The position numbers and the translations under genes were made by a program. The notes beneath the pieces are model-generated. The model was not told where the DNA came from, ran no database searches, and saw only the letters and a program-made list of their open reading frames with translations. Source: Octopus sinensis (lineage: Eukaryota). From it: a stretch of 64,000 nucleotides of DNA. Shown here piece by piece: positions 49,775-61,830 of this stretch. The stretch spans positions 90,706,001 through 90,770,000 of the forward strand of contig NC_043002.1 in assembly GCF_006345805.1 (NCBI RefSeq), given 5' to 3'. Numbering within the stretch: the first letter of the stretch is position 1; every line of letters starts with the position of its first letter.

Positions 49775-51026
49775 GTAAGTCATATACCATTACCATTCCT
49801 TATTTACACTGTATTGACAGTGTATTGACAGTGGCTGTCAATTGACAGTTCCTGTCAATTTACACTGTATTGACAGTGGCTGTGAATGGCACTAATTGCT
49901 GCTGTTGTCATTGTTGTTGTTAGCCTCACATGAAACCTGATCCTTCAAAAGATGTTCTTTTCAAAGATATTCCACATTGTTTTTCTATCAGAGATTATAT
50001 TGTATCTTTACTTAACACATTAGCTGCAATTTCTAGCAGGTTAAGGCTGGACATAGGCTCCTTTGTTGGTTCATGTGTATTAGCTTTTGTTATACCCGTG
50101 TTCCTGTATGGCTAATATGACTGGTTAGCTTTAAGGTGCAAGCTGGCTGAACTGTTAGCATGCCAGGCAAAATGCTTAGTGGCATTTCATCCATCTGAGT
50201 TCAAATTCCTCTGAGGTTGACTTTACCTTTCATCCTTTCAGGGTTGACAAAATTAGTACCAGTTGAGCACTGGCATTGGTGTAATCAACTTAGCCCCTCC
50301 TAAAATTTCTGTTCTGGCCTTCTGCCAAAATTTGAAACCAATCTGACTGGTTAACTTGATACAATTTTGCTGCTGTGAGAATCAATCATTTGTAGTATGA
50401 TGGATCCATGACCAAAGTGTGGAAAGACCAGTTTATTTAGCTACAAATAAATACATCATGATGGGCAATTTGGTTCATAGAGAATGGACAAACAGACCAA
50501 ACTGTGTTAGATGACTAATTTGTGTAGCTATAAATAATTATCTAGTGGTGGCCAGCACAGCTTACTGAGATGAACTGCATTTGAATAACCATTTAGCATT
50601 TAAACCAGCCATATGTAAATTAAAAAGTATTCTACCTGTTTCATATTTAAACAGACCATATCCAGCTTCTCACACCTACCCTATAATGTCATTCTAAAAA
50701 TAAATAATCACATCACTAAAATCTAAAAGCTTTGAGACAATGCATGGGTAATTCAGAGCAATGTGAATAAATAAGTATTACATTTGACAGAGTAATCTGA
50801 ATATTAAAGAGTTAAGCTACTCTGGCTCTTACATAAATTCTATTTTAATGGTGCAGGCAATGGCTGTGTGGTAAGAAGCTTGCTCCCCAAGCACATGGTC
50901 CCGGGTTCGATCCCACTGTGTGGCACCTTGGGCAAGTGTCTTTTAGTATAACCTTGGGCTAATCAAAGCCTTGTGAGTGGATTTGGTTGAAGGAAGCTGA
51001 AAGAAGCCTGTAATATATACATATAC

Positions 51027-51083
<57 letters not shown>

Positions 51084-51390
51084 ATATATGTATGTTTGTT
51101 TGTATGTATGTATGCATTGTGTGTGTGTGTATGTGCGCATCTGTGTTTGTACCCTCGTCATCACTTGCTATCAATGCTGGTGTGTTTATGTCCCCATAGC
51201 TTAGCAGTTCAGTGAAAGAGGCTGGCAGAATAAATCCTGGGGACGATTTCTTCAACTAAAGCCCTTTAAAGCAGTGTTCCAGCACAATATTGAAATCTCA
51301 GAGCTATGAGATAATGCATGATTAATTCAAAACAAAGCACTATGTTTGACAGAGTAATCTGAATGCTAAAAGTTTAAACTACATTTGCTC

Positions 51391-53002
51391 CATTATTTAC
51401 ATTATTTACAATTGACGGATATTTGTCCTCATCTCGTTTGTTGTTAACACAATGTTTTGGCTGATATACCCTCCAGCCTTCATCAGGTGTCTTGGGGGAA
51501 TTTCGAACCTGGGTTCTCATTTCTTAGGTATTTTTCGATGTTATTATCATTATTATTATTATTATCATCATTCAGTAGTTTTATTTTTATAGCGTGCTTT
51601 CACTTCACTTCACTACTGAGCGCAGCTCTGTGTGCCTTGGGTATGTGCTTTGATTTGTTGTGATGCTCTGATGGTTATTGAATGGAAAGTGTTCTGCGTA
51701 GGATGTGTGCAGTGCCTAGTAGTGCAATTTTCTGTATGTTATATGTGTTTGTAAGTCCTGGTGTTTTTGTTATGTATTTGTCTGATTATTTTTTTATCAT
51801 GCCTAATGCACCTACTATGATAGGAATTGTTTCTGTTTTTAGATTCCACATTCTAGTTACCTCTATTTCCAGGTCTTTGTATTTTGAGAGTTTCTCCATT
51901 TCTTTTAGAGACACGTTGTCATCTGCCGGTATTGATACATCAATTAGAAAGCATTTTTTTTCTTTTTTTTTTCTTCATGATCTCTGACAACTATATCTGG
52001 TCTGTTGGCCTTAATTTCTCTATCTGTGTGTATCGGCATATCCTAGAGTATGGTTGCTTTCTCGTTTTCTGTGACCTTTTCTGGTGTGTGCCTATACCAT
52101 CTTTTTTCTGTTGTTATTCCGCAATGTTGGCATAGCTTCCAGTGTATGTAGGTTCCAACTCTGTCATGTCTGTGAATATATTCCTTCTTAGCCAGGACTG
52201 GGCAGCCAGAGATAATATGATTTATTGTTTCTTGTCCATCTCCACATATTCTGCAGTTACTTCTTATATTTCTTTTCATTACATGTTTTTGGTAATTTCT
52301 GGTGGGTAGGCTTTGGTCTTGTGCTGCAATTAAGAATCCCTCTATCTCTGCTTTGAGTCCTGAGCTTCTCAACCATTGCTGGGATTTTTCTTTGTCTATT
52401 TCTTTTGCATTTAGTTTAGTCCAGTATTTACCATGAAGGGGCTTTTCTTGCCATCGTTTTATCATGGTTCTTTGCTGTTCTAGTTTTAGTTTGGATTTCA
52501 TTTGTTTTATAGCTTTTGTTGTTTCTTCATCTTCTTCTTCTTCTTCTTCTTCTTCTTCTTCTTCATATTTATTAGGTGGTATGATTTCTTGTTTGTATTT
52601 GTCAGCTTCCTTAAATACTGAGAACAGTTTTTTGTTCTGCTCGTGTTTTGCTGCTATTTGTATCAGTTTTCCTTCCTTCTGAAGTAGATATTTTTGCAGT
52701 CCTATGGTGGTTATTTTATAGTAGTTTTCCAGCTGTATAAGGCCTCTACCACCTTCTATACGTTGTATATATAGTCTTTCTATGTCAGATTTTGGGTGAT
52801 GCAGCCTAGATCCTGTCATTATTTTTCTTGTTTTCCTATCTATTTTGGTCAGTTCATTTAGTGTCCAGTTAAGGATATTGTAGCTGTAACTTATAACTAG
52901 GACAGCTAAAGTGTTAATACCTATTATCTTGTTTTTAGCATTGAGCTCTGTTTTTAGTATTGATCAAACTCGTCCATAATATTCTTATTATTATTACTAT
53001 TA

Positions 53003-53038
<36 letters not shown>

Positions 53039-53220
53039 GTATTAGTATTAGCATTATTCAGGTCACTACCTGGAATCGAACTCGGAATCTTGGAATTAGT
53101 AGCCCGTGCTCTTAACCACTACACCATATGCCCATGGGTATATGGCATAGTGGTTAAGAGTGTGGGTAACTAACCCCAGGATTCTGAGTTTGATTCCAGA
53201 CAGTGGCCTCAAAAATAATC

Positions 53221-53260
<40 letters not shown>

Positions 53261-53449
53261 TGATGATAACATCGAAAAATACCTTAGGAATGAGACCCAG
53301 GTTGGAAATTTCCTCAAGACACCTGATGAAGGCTGGAGGGTATATCAGCCAAAACGTTGTGATATACCCTCCAGATGAGGACAAATATCCGTCAATTGTA
53401 AATAATGTAAATAATGTACATAATTCCTCATCTCTAAAATATAGAACTG
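51391..53449. mobile_element. Palindromic tRNA-headed, hammerhead-containing element (Penelope-type), interrupted by a Dong LINE
   Basis: 51391-51545 is the reverse complement of 53265-53416, and 53059-53134 of 53135-53209. Centre cccatggg. Imperfect TSD tacatttgctcc (51380-51391) / tactcttgctcc (53450-53461). Confidence 0.8.
51573..52985 (-). mobile_element. R4/Dong-clade non-LTR retrotransposon, 5'-truncated
   Basis: HPKSDIERLY...GGRGL, AAQDQSLPTRNY, CCHC knuckle CRICG...ETINHIISGC, RHDRV, RLE motif NRPDIVV...IDVSIP...EKLSKYKDL, stop at 51677-51675 after ILRRTLSIQ. Few disabling changes. Flanked by (TTA)n, the known Dong target. Confidence 0.9.
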
Positions 53450-54018
53450 TACTCTTGCTCCTACATAAATTCTATTTTAAAGTGTTTTTGTATCTAAATA
53501 TAAAACTTTTATGAATTTTATATTAGAAACTTTTTGTGTTCTAAATATGAGATTTAATGATGATAAAGTTCTTGGTTAATTTCAAATATGCTGTATATTA
53601 TATTGACATCCCTATGATTGTATCAGGGGTTGAAGACTCAAGATCAGTGTCATCACAATGCATGGACACACTGAGCAGTTGCCTAAGGATCCAAGAGGTC
53701 CAAGAGACTCAATGCTAATCTCTTTATGCAGTGACTTGTATCGATAAATACAAAAGGCCCACTTTCCTTTTTGCTATAACACTCCTAATATGAACCTGCT
53801 CAAAGTTAGGCAATATAGCATCTATCTTTTACATGTTTCAGTCATTGGACTGTGGCCATGCTAAAGCTCTGTTTCGAGGGGTTTAGTTTAACAACTGGCC
53901 CCTGTACTTATTTTGAAGTGTGATACTTATTCTATTGGTCTTTAAGTTATGGAAACATAAACAACCAACTCCAGTTGTTGAGTGGTGGGAGTAAACAAAC
54001 AGAAGCACAAAGACACAT

Positions 54019-54068
<50 letters not shown>

Positions 54069-54080
54069 ACACACATACAC

Positions 54081-54112
<32 letters not shown>

Positions 54113-55269
54113 TCATGCTTCAGTTTCCACACAGTTTCCATCTACCAAATGATAGTAGAAGACATTTGTCTAGTGTGCTGCACAGTGGAACTGAACCTGG
54201 AACCATGCAATTGTAAAGTGAGCTTCTTACCTACGCAGCTATACCTGTCTTTCTCTATTTTATTGGTATGGCAACATTAAAAGTCAGCTCTGCCAGATAA
54301 TGGAATGTTTATCAGTTATGAATCATTCCTACTGCTTAAACTAACGTACTCCACTTTAACATGTTAGCCCCAACATCAACCCTTTTTGTAGAGACCTATA
54401 ATCAAAGGTATCCCTGTCATAGCTATTCTTTCATTTTGTTTCTTAAGGATTACATTCCCTGATATGTCTTTTATTTTAAAGCAAGTAACAATTTGGTTGC
54501 TATTTCTGGCAGATTGAATGACCATGTAGAGACACTTTTTTTTAGGTATGTCACCATGGTGATAATTTTGCAGCCAGCTAGCTTTCTAATACAGAAATTA
54601 ATAGCTATGTTCTGATTGGTTAGATATACATTTTATAGTCATGATTAGCTGTGAAGTTTAATACTCACCAGAACAATCATCGCAAATAGAAAATTAAGTT
54701 GACTATGGTAAGCTTTGAACTCAGAACATAAAGAACCGATACTCAATGTATCACAAAAGCAAAGGTAACTGAGTTTGCCAATCTACTACAGTTTTATCTG
54801 ATATTCTATCAACTCTGCCAAAATAATAAAGAATATCTGTATTAAAATATTAATTACGATTGCTGCAATTATAATTACTTACAGTCACATTAATTAAAAT
54901 TATTTCATCTGGATAGATTCAAAAGCCTGTTTCTTTTCTTTCTTTTCTAAATAATTACAAATAATTAGTTAATTAATTCAATAACAGTATATAAATGGTA
55001 CTTATTTAATTAAGCCTTTTCCATGGAATTCAAAATCAAAATGCTAAGTGTTAACCTTTTACCTGCATAATTTAATTTAATGGTTATTTTTATAATGATG
55101 TTAATTATCTGCCAAAACATAAAACTAGCATTTTCTGAAAGTCATGTTGCTTCTTGATAAACTTAATTTACTTTAACAAAAGATATTTGCAAATAAAGGT
55201 TCCTCAACAAAAGACAGATAAGGGTAATGAAATTCTGGGTGGATGTATCAGATTTTTGCAGTGAATGGG

Positions 55270-55500
55270 TTAACCCTCTAGCATTCAGATTACTCTGCCA
55301 AATGTAATGCTTATTTATTCACATTATTTTGAATTAATCATGCATTATCTTGTAGCTTGGAAATTTCAAAGATGTGAGCATTTATTTTTAGAATGACAGT
55401 TTAGGTTAGGTGTAGAAGACTGGATCTACTCAGTTTGAGCATAAAACTGGTAGAATATTTTGGGCCAGAGGTGTTGCCTGTTTAAATGCTAAAGGGTTAA
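55270..55500. mobile_element. piggyBac-type MITE, most common family in the window
   Basis: TTAA|CCCTcTAGCATT...AATGCTAAAGGG|TTAA. Other copies at about 17975-18177, 24478-24707, 31206-31828, 36376-36998, 37606-37831, 50585-50815, 51290-51378, 59505-59605. Confidence 0.8.
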
Positions 55501-56565
55501 AACCATCTTGGCATTCATGAAGAATTTAATCTGGTTTTATTCAATTTCTGACTCTGACATGATATTTTCTTTGTAGTTTAATAAGCCTCATCATCATCCC
55601 TACCACCACCACCAACAACAACAACACCACCACCACCACCATCACCCACAGCATCAACACTACCAACACCAACAACAACACCAGCATATGTCTATTTTTC
55701 TCCATGCTGGTCTTTATTTTATAGACATACCACCCTCATCAAATGGCAGGATTTGAACTCTCATTATAAAGTGACATGACCTGATACCACAGGCACTCTA
55801 CTGAGCCTACCATCCATTACCCTTTGTAATTACATTAATGATTTCTAACTTAGTCAACAAGCTCATATATCTATAGGGGAGAGGTAGTCAATTATATTGA
55901 CTCCCTGTTAGTTTAACAGTACTTTATTTTAGCAACTCTTGAAAAATGAAATACAAAGTTGACATTGGTGGGATTTGAACTCAAAATACAAAGAGCTGGA
56001 ACTAAATACCACAAAGGAAGAGTATTTTTCCTGATGCTTTTTTTTTTCCAGACTGTGATGATTTTGTTTGTCACTTTACCCACTCAACAATAATAATAAT
56101 CATCCTTTCTACTACAGGCACAAGGCCTGGAATTAGTGGGGAGGGAGTTAGTTTATTACATCGACCCCAGTGCTTGACTGACCATGAAAGGATGAAAGGC
56201 AAAGTCGACCTCGGCGGAATTTGAACTCAGAATGTAAAGCACTGGAAGAAATACCGTAAAGTAATTTTTCCAATGCACTAGCAGTTCTGCTAGTTTACCA
56301 CCTGAATAACAATACTACTACTACTACTACTACTACTATTACTACTACTACTGATGATGATGATCCTCTCTACCAAAGGCACAAGGCCTGAAATTTGGTG
56401 GGAGGGGACTAGTCAGTTACATTGACCCTGAAAGGAAGAAAGGGAAAGTTGACCTCAGCAGAATTTGAACTCAGATTGTAAAGATAGTTGAAATACCACT
56501 AAGCATTTTGCCTGGCATGCTAACAATTCCACCAGCTTGCCACCTTACTACTACTAATCATCATC

Positions 56566-56613
<48 letters not shown>

Positions 56614-57082
56614 TGTACCTCCAGCTGTGTAATTAAATTTTTTTTTCTTATTTCCTTGTTTACCGCTTGCAAAAATGTGTTTTGATTTTTCTTCGAAATT
56701 ATGGATGTGTCCCTGGCTGATTTAGCAGAAGTAGTCTTAGGAGAAAGCGATTTAAACACATGAAAATAAGAATGTCTTAAAACTGACCTTTTTATTCCCC
56801 CACCCAAGTACTGGGTAACAGTACACTTTTATTAGGTTTCATAAGATTTCCTCTTGGAATATGTTTACAGAAACAGCTTTTCATTCATGATTTAAATCAG
56901 TGATTCTCAACCAAGGTCTCCATGGTCCTTAGGGATCAACATAACATTTTGTTGTTAAAATTTATTAGCAACATATTAGGTACACTTCTACAATGCACAA
57001 AATATTCTAACAATTTTTTTTATACAATTCTTAATATTTAATTGTAAAAATATAATAAAACATTTTAAAACAACAAAATGTT

Positions 57083-58216
57083 TATTAAGGTCCAGTAGAG
57101 TTTTGCAATATTTTGGTAACTTACTTGCTTTATTTGTCAAGCTTCAACAGAAGCAGCTGAACACTCTGAAGATACCTTTCTGCCAGTTCTTTGATCCCAC
57201 GTTGATACCAGTTCTTGTCCTTCAAGGTGAAGAACTCCTTCACTGAAACATCCACCTTCTGTTGGTCAATGAAGTATCATGATAACAGGGAAGTGAGCCA
57301 TGGATTGGAAGAAGTAATAATTTGAGGTTAGTTGGGTCTGGACTATATGCTGGGTGTGACATTAGTTTGATTCTTTCAAGTTCCTGGAGTTTATTCCGGG
57401 TCATTCAAGAGGTATAAGGTTTTGCTGCAGAAGACCTTACTTTCTGTTAACCAATACCAGTTATTTTTGCCATACAGTGGCATACATTCACTCCAGTTTG
57501 GGGTACAGGTTGGCATCAATGGTTCAACTGTCCAGAATAAACTTGCAGTGAATTAACCCCTCATAATTCCACCAGACACAGTGCATCACCTTGTGTTTGA
57601 AAGGCTCATATTTAGCGATAGTTTCTGAAAGCTGGCCCTTACTTAACCACTGCTTATGTACGTTAGGATTTCCAAAAACATATTTTCCTCGGATTATTAC
57701 TTGTTCAGATCCATGACTTACTTCCTACATTCATGACAATTCATCAACCATGTGGAGGTGGAAGCTTCAATGAAAGGTGGTGTCAGATGGTGCAACACAA
57801 TGACCTCTGTTGTTGTTGTTTGTTCCTTCTCGAGCCATGCCTGGCTCATAAGGGCCGGTTTCCCGGTTTCTTGGCATATAGGTTCCCCACCTGGATGGGA
57901 CACCAGTCCATCGCAGGCGAGCTGCAAGATGCAGGAGGAAAGAGTGAGAGGAAGTTGTGGCAGAAGAGTCAGCAGAAGTTTCGCCATTACTTTCTGCCGG
58001 AGCCGCGTGGAGCTTAGGTGTTTCGCTCATAAACACGCACATCATCCGGTCTGAGATTCGAACATGCGATCCCTCGACTGCGAGTCCGCTGCTCTAATCA
58101 CTAGGCCATGTGCCTCCACAATGACCTCTACTTTCAATGCTCAGCTGCTTTTTTTGTAACTTGATGAATAAAGTAAATAAGCTACCAAAATATTGCAAAA
58201 CTTTTGACTCAATACA
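57083..58216 (-). mobile_element. mariner (DD34D) transposon, 5'-deleted and decayed
   Basis: Long inverted ends ttttgcaatattttggtaacttacttgctttat...aagcagctga / tcagctgctt...gctaccaaaatattgcaaaa. Minus translation KQWLSKGQ...HKVMHCVWWNYEG...HPAYSPD...WYQRGIKELAERY. Confidence 0.85.
57809..58116 (-). mobile_element. SINE family D inserted in the mariner
   Basis: TSD cacaatgacctct at 57796-57808 and 58117-58129, tRNA-like head and (aac)n tail. Confidence 0.88.
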
Positions 58217-59010
58217 ATATGTACCAATCTATCTTTTGTTGAGTAAGGTCTTATTTGAAACTATTTTCTGTTGAGATGTGTCAAATTTATTGTGGTAATG
58301 TAACTTTGCATAAAATACCAATTCTGTTTTTGGTTAATATTTAACATAATTACTGGAATAATCAGGAAATTTAATTTCACAGATTAACAGTTCACAGAAC
58401 AACAATAATTACAACACAGATAAATAAACAAATAATAATTGGCCATGAATATAAGAGTAAATTTAATTACAGTTGAATTTTAATCATTGTTAAATGCTTT
58501 GGTAAATATTAATTAAACAGTAAGTGGATTGAGTTAACGAATCAATATTTAACAAAAAAGGTTAATAAAAAATATATATATATAAAAAAATAAGTAGTGT
58601 GAAATGGCGCAGGCTACTTAATGTAGCTGAGTAATAGTGATTGGGTAAATCTCTTTTATAAATATTGTTAAGATGAGAAGTAGTTCTGAAAGGATTCTTC
58701 AAAATAGTTATTAGAAATCTGATTCTAATTTTAGCTTATTAAATTTGTTTTCTGTCATCTTTATTTATCTTCTTATGTTGTGTGAGTGTGTATTTGTAAG
58801 GAGTGAGGTATGTATCGAATACATTACATTATACAATACTCTAATGGTTAGAGGTTTAGGGCTCACAATCACAAGGTTGTGGGTTCAATTCCTGGACTGG
58901 ACAGGATGGTGTGTTTTTAAGCGAGGCACATTATTTCAGGTTGATCCAGTCTGCTCAGTTGAAAATGAGTACCAGCTCAGTGTTGGTGCAGCTCTCTCCC
59001 TCTCCCCCTG

Positions 59011-59043
<33 letters not shown>

Positions 59044-59684
59044 ACACACACACACACACACACAACACACACACACACACACACACATTTATTGAATGTG
59101 GTGTTTTGCTGTTATTCCCACTCACGATGCTAAAGAAGCTGGCTGGAATACTACTTTAGTCTTCAACAATGTTTTGCTCGAGAAAACGTTCTCCCTCCCA
59201 AATTCCGTATATCTTAAATTACAATTCAAAATAAATTCTGCAACAATTCAAATTAAACATTAACTTTTTTTTTATATAAGCTCAGGGTCACAAAAGCTAT
59301 TGGGAGTGGTTGCTTTACTGAACCCCAGTATTTAACTGGAACAGTTTCTACCAATTGTTGAAAGATAAAGGATGAAATTGAACAGATTTGAACAGGCAAC
59401 ATAAACAATCATTTATGCTGTCAATTCAAACAATAAAAGGTATTAATTGCAATAACTTCACCTAATTATTCATGTTTCCAAGTCTTGGAGAGTCTACAAA
59501 GGTTTTAACCCTTTGATATTCAGATTACACTTTCAAAAATACTTATTTATTCACTTGGTTTTGAATTAATCATGCATTATCTTGTAGCTTTGAAATTTCA
59601 ATGGTGTCATCATCATCATCACTATCATCATCATCATCATCATTTGTCCATTTTCCCTGCTGGCATGGGTTGGACGGTTTGACC

Positions 59685-59739
<55 letters not shown>

Positions 59740-59855
59740 CATCCATCCATCCATCCATCCATCCATCCATCCATCCATCCATCCATCCCTGCTTGCCTTC
59801 TTTCCTTCCTTCCTTCCTTCATTCATTCATTCCTTCTTTTCGTTCTTTCTTTCTT
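59685..59855. repeat. Compound tetranucleotide microsatellite (ATCT)n-(ATCC)n-(TTCC)n-(TTCA)n-(TTTC)n
   Basis: Seen directly in the sequence. Confidence 0.9.
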
Positions 59856-60747
59856 TTTTATACTTTGAAGGAAGAGGTTGTGGCCCTCACCTTGCAGACC
59901 CTCCAAGGCTGATTAGCGTTCTTATTGAATGCAGGAAAAACATATGTAGAGATTTTGTTAAGAGGTGGCAGGATTAGGTGAATTCGTTATTGCCAGGCCT
60001 GTGTGGGTAGGAGGGTGGTCTTATTATATAGTTGAGAAAATGAGAAGCAATATAAGAATCAAGAGTCTGAGTGAATCATGATACCAATTAAGTCCAAGTT
60101 TTGGTAGGACATATCAGTGAGTTATGTTTGATAGCTATCTTGTTGTCCTCTTCATCATCATCATCATCATCATTGTTTAACGTCCGCTTTCCATGCTAGC
60201 ATGGGTTGGACGATTTGACTGAGGACTGGCGAACCTGATGGCTGCACCAGGCTCCATTCTGATCTGGAAGAGTTTCTACAGCTGGATGCCCTTTCTAACG
60301 TCAACCACTCTGAGAGTGTAGTGGGTGCTTTTATGTGCCACCGGCATGAAAGCCAGTCAGGCAGTACTGGCAACAGCCACACTGAAATGGTGTTTTTTTA
60401 CATGCCACCTGCACAGGAGCCAGTCCAGCAGCACTGGCAATGACCTTGCTCGAATGTTTTTTCCCATGCCATCAGCACAAGTGCCAGTAAGGCGATGCTG
60501 GTAACGATCACTCTCAAATGGTGCTTTATTTCTAAATAAAAGGCATCTACTAATGTTCTAAAATGATTGCAACTGAGTTGAAATAAAACAGTTCTTGAAC
60601 AGGATTATCTTTGGTTCACAGGTAAAGGTTGCTATCATGGTATTGTGTCATGAACGATATTTGGTGATTGATATCCAGATCACACACACACACATAAGTG
60701 AGAGGACAAACAAAAGAAAAGGTACTCAACACATTGATTGGGAGTTA

Positions 60748-60940
60748 CATATATTACCCAAAACAGTTTGATTTGGATCTCATGCTACTTTAAGTTTTGA
60801 AGCCCCTAATGGCTCCTTTCTCGTCAGGCTGGTAAGAATTTAAATCAAATTCTTACCAACCTGAGGAGAAAAGCCCCGTTAGGGGCTTCAAAACTTGAAG
60901 TAGCACGGAATCTGAATCAAACTGTTTTGAGTGATATGTG
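60748..60940. repeat. ~190 bp imperfect palindrome with a hammerhead-like core in each arm
   Basis: Arms of about 94 nt meet at ggtaagaattt-aaatc-aaattcttacc. CTGAGGA at 60861 and CTGACGA on the minus strand at 60827-60821. Confidence 0.8.
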
Positions 60941-61069
60941 TGTGTGTGTGTGTGTGTGTGTGTAGAAAGATAAAGTGAGGCCATAGGCTAATGAGTTTAG
61001 TGTCTATAGAAACACTGTAAAGCTAAGCTCTTTATGGATGTGAAACCCTGGGTAATCCATAAACAGGCC

Positions 61070-61100
<31 letters not shown>

Positions 61101-61830
61101 TACATATAAATAGATATATAACAGAGTTATTAGTAAGGGATTATCAATCCAGGCAAATACTTTATTAGGTCTCCATGAGTATACCAGGCTGACAATATTG
61201 TTTAGATTAGTAAAGAACTCCAGATATTCTTGTGGTAGGATCCGAGGTTATAGTTCACCACTATTCTGTATCATAAATCCATAGCTGTGCTCTAGTTAAA
61301 CAGCTTTTTACACTGAATGATAATATATGACAAGGCATATATAATGGAAAATATGTAATGACATTCATTTATGCCTTGGCTTCTATATATATTTGAGTCT
61401 TCTCAAACACAGCATATCACCAAAGGTCTTGATCATTTGAAGTTGTCTCTGTGAACCACATGACCACTGAATGTTGGACCTCATGGAGGCAATGACAAGT
61501 GACTGAGACCTTTGGCGATATGCTGTGCTTGAGAAGACTCATCAAGCCAAGTGAAATCGTAGTCACAGCTGTTGCCAGTGTCATGTATATGGCACCTGTG
61601 CCAGTGGAATGTAAAAAGCACCCATTATACTCTTGGAGAGGTTGGCACTAGGAAGAGCATCCAGCTTTAGAAACCATGCCAAATCAGATTGGAACCTGGT
61701 ACAGCTCTCTAACATACGATTTCCAGTCAAACCGTCGAAACCCATACCAGCATGGAAAGTGGACACTAAATGATGATGATGATATATTGTAATTACCATT
61801 GACATGATAATTATTTGTTTTAATTGACAG

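Noticed and set aside
53059-53209. Two tRNA genes
   Set aside because: A and B boxes are present but the acceptor and T stems are not intact. They are mirror heads of a repeat element.
56701-56763. Short ORF MDVSLADLAEVVLGESDLNT as an alternative first coding exon
   Set aside because: It stops before any donor and cannot be joined to exon G.
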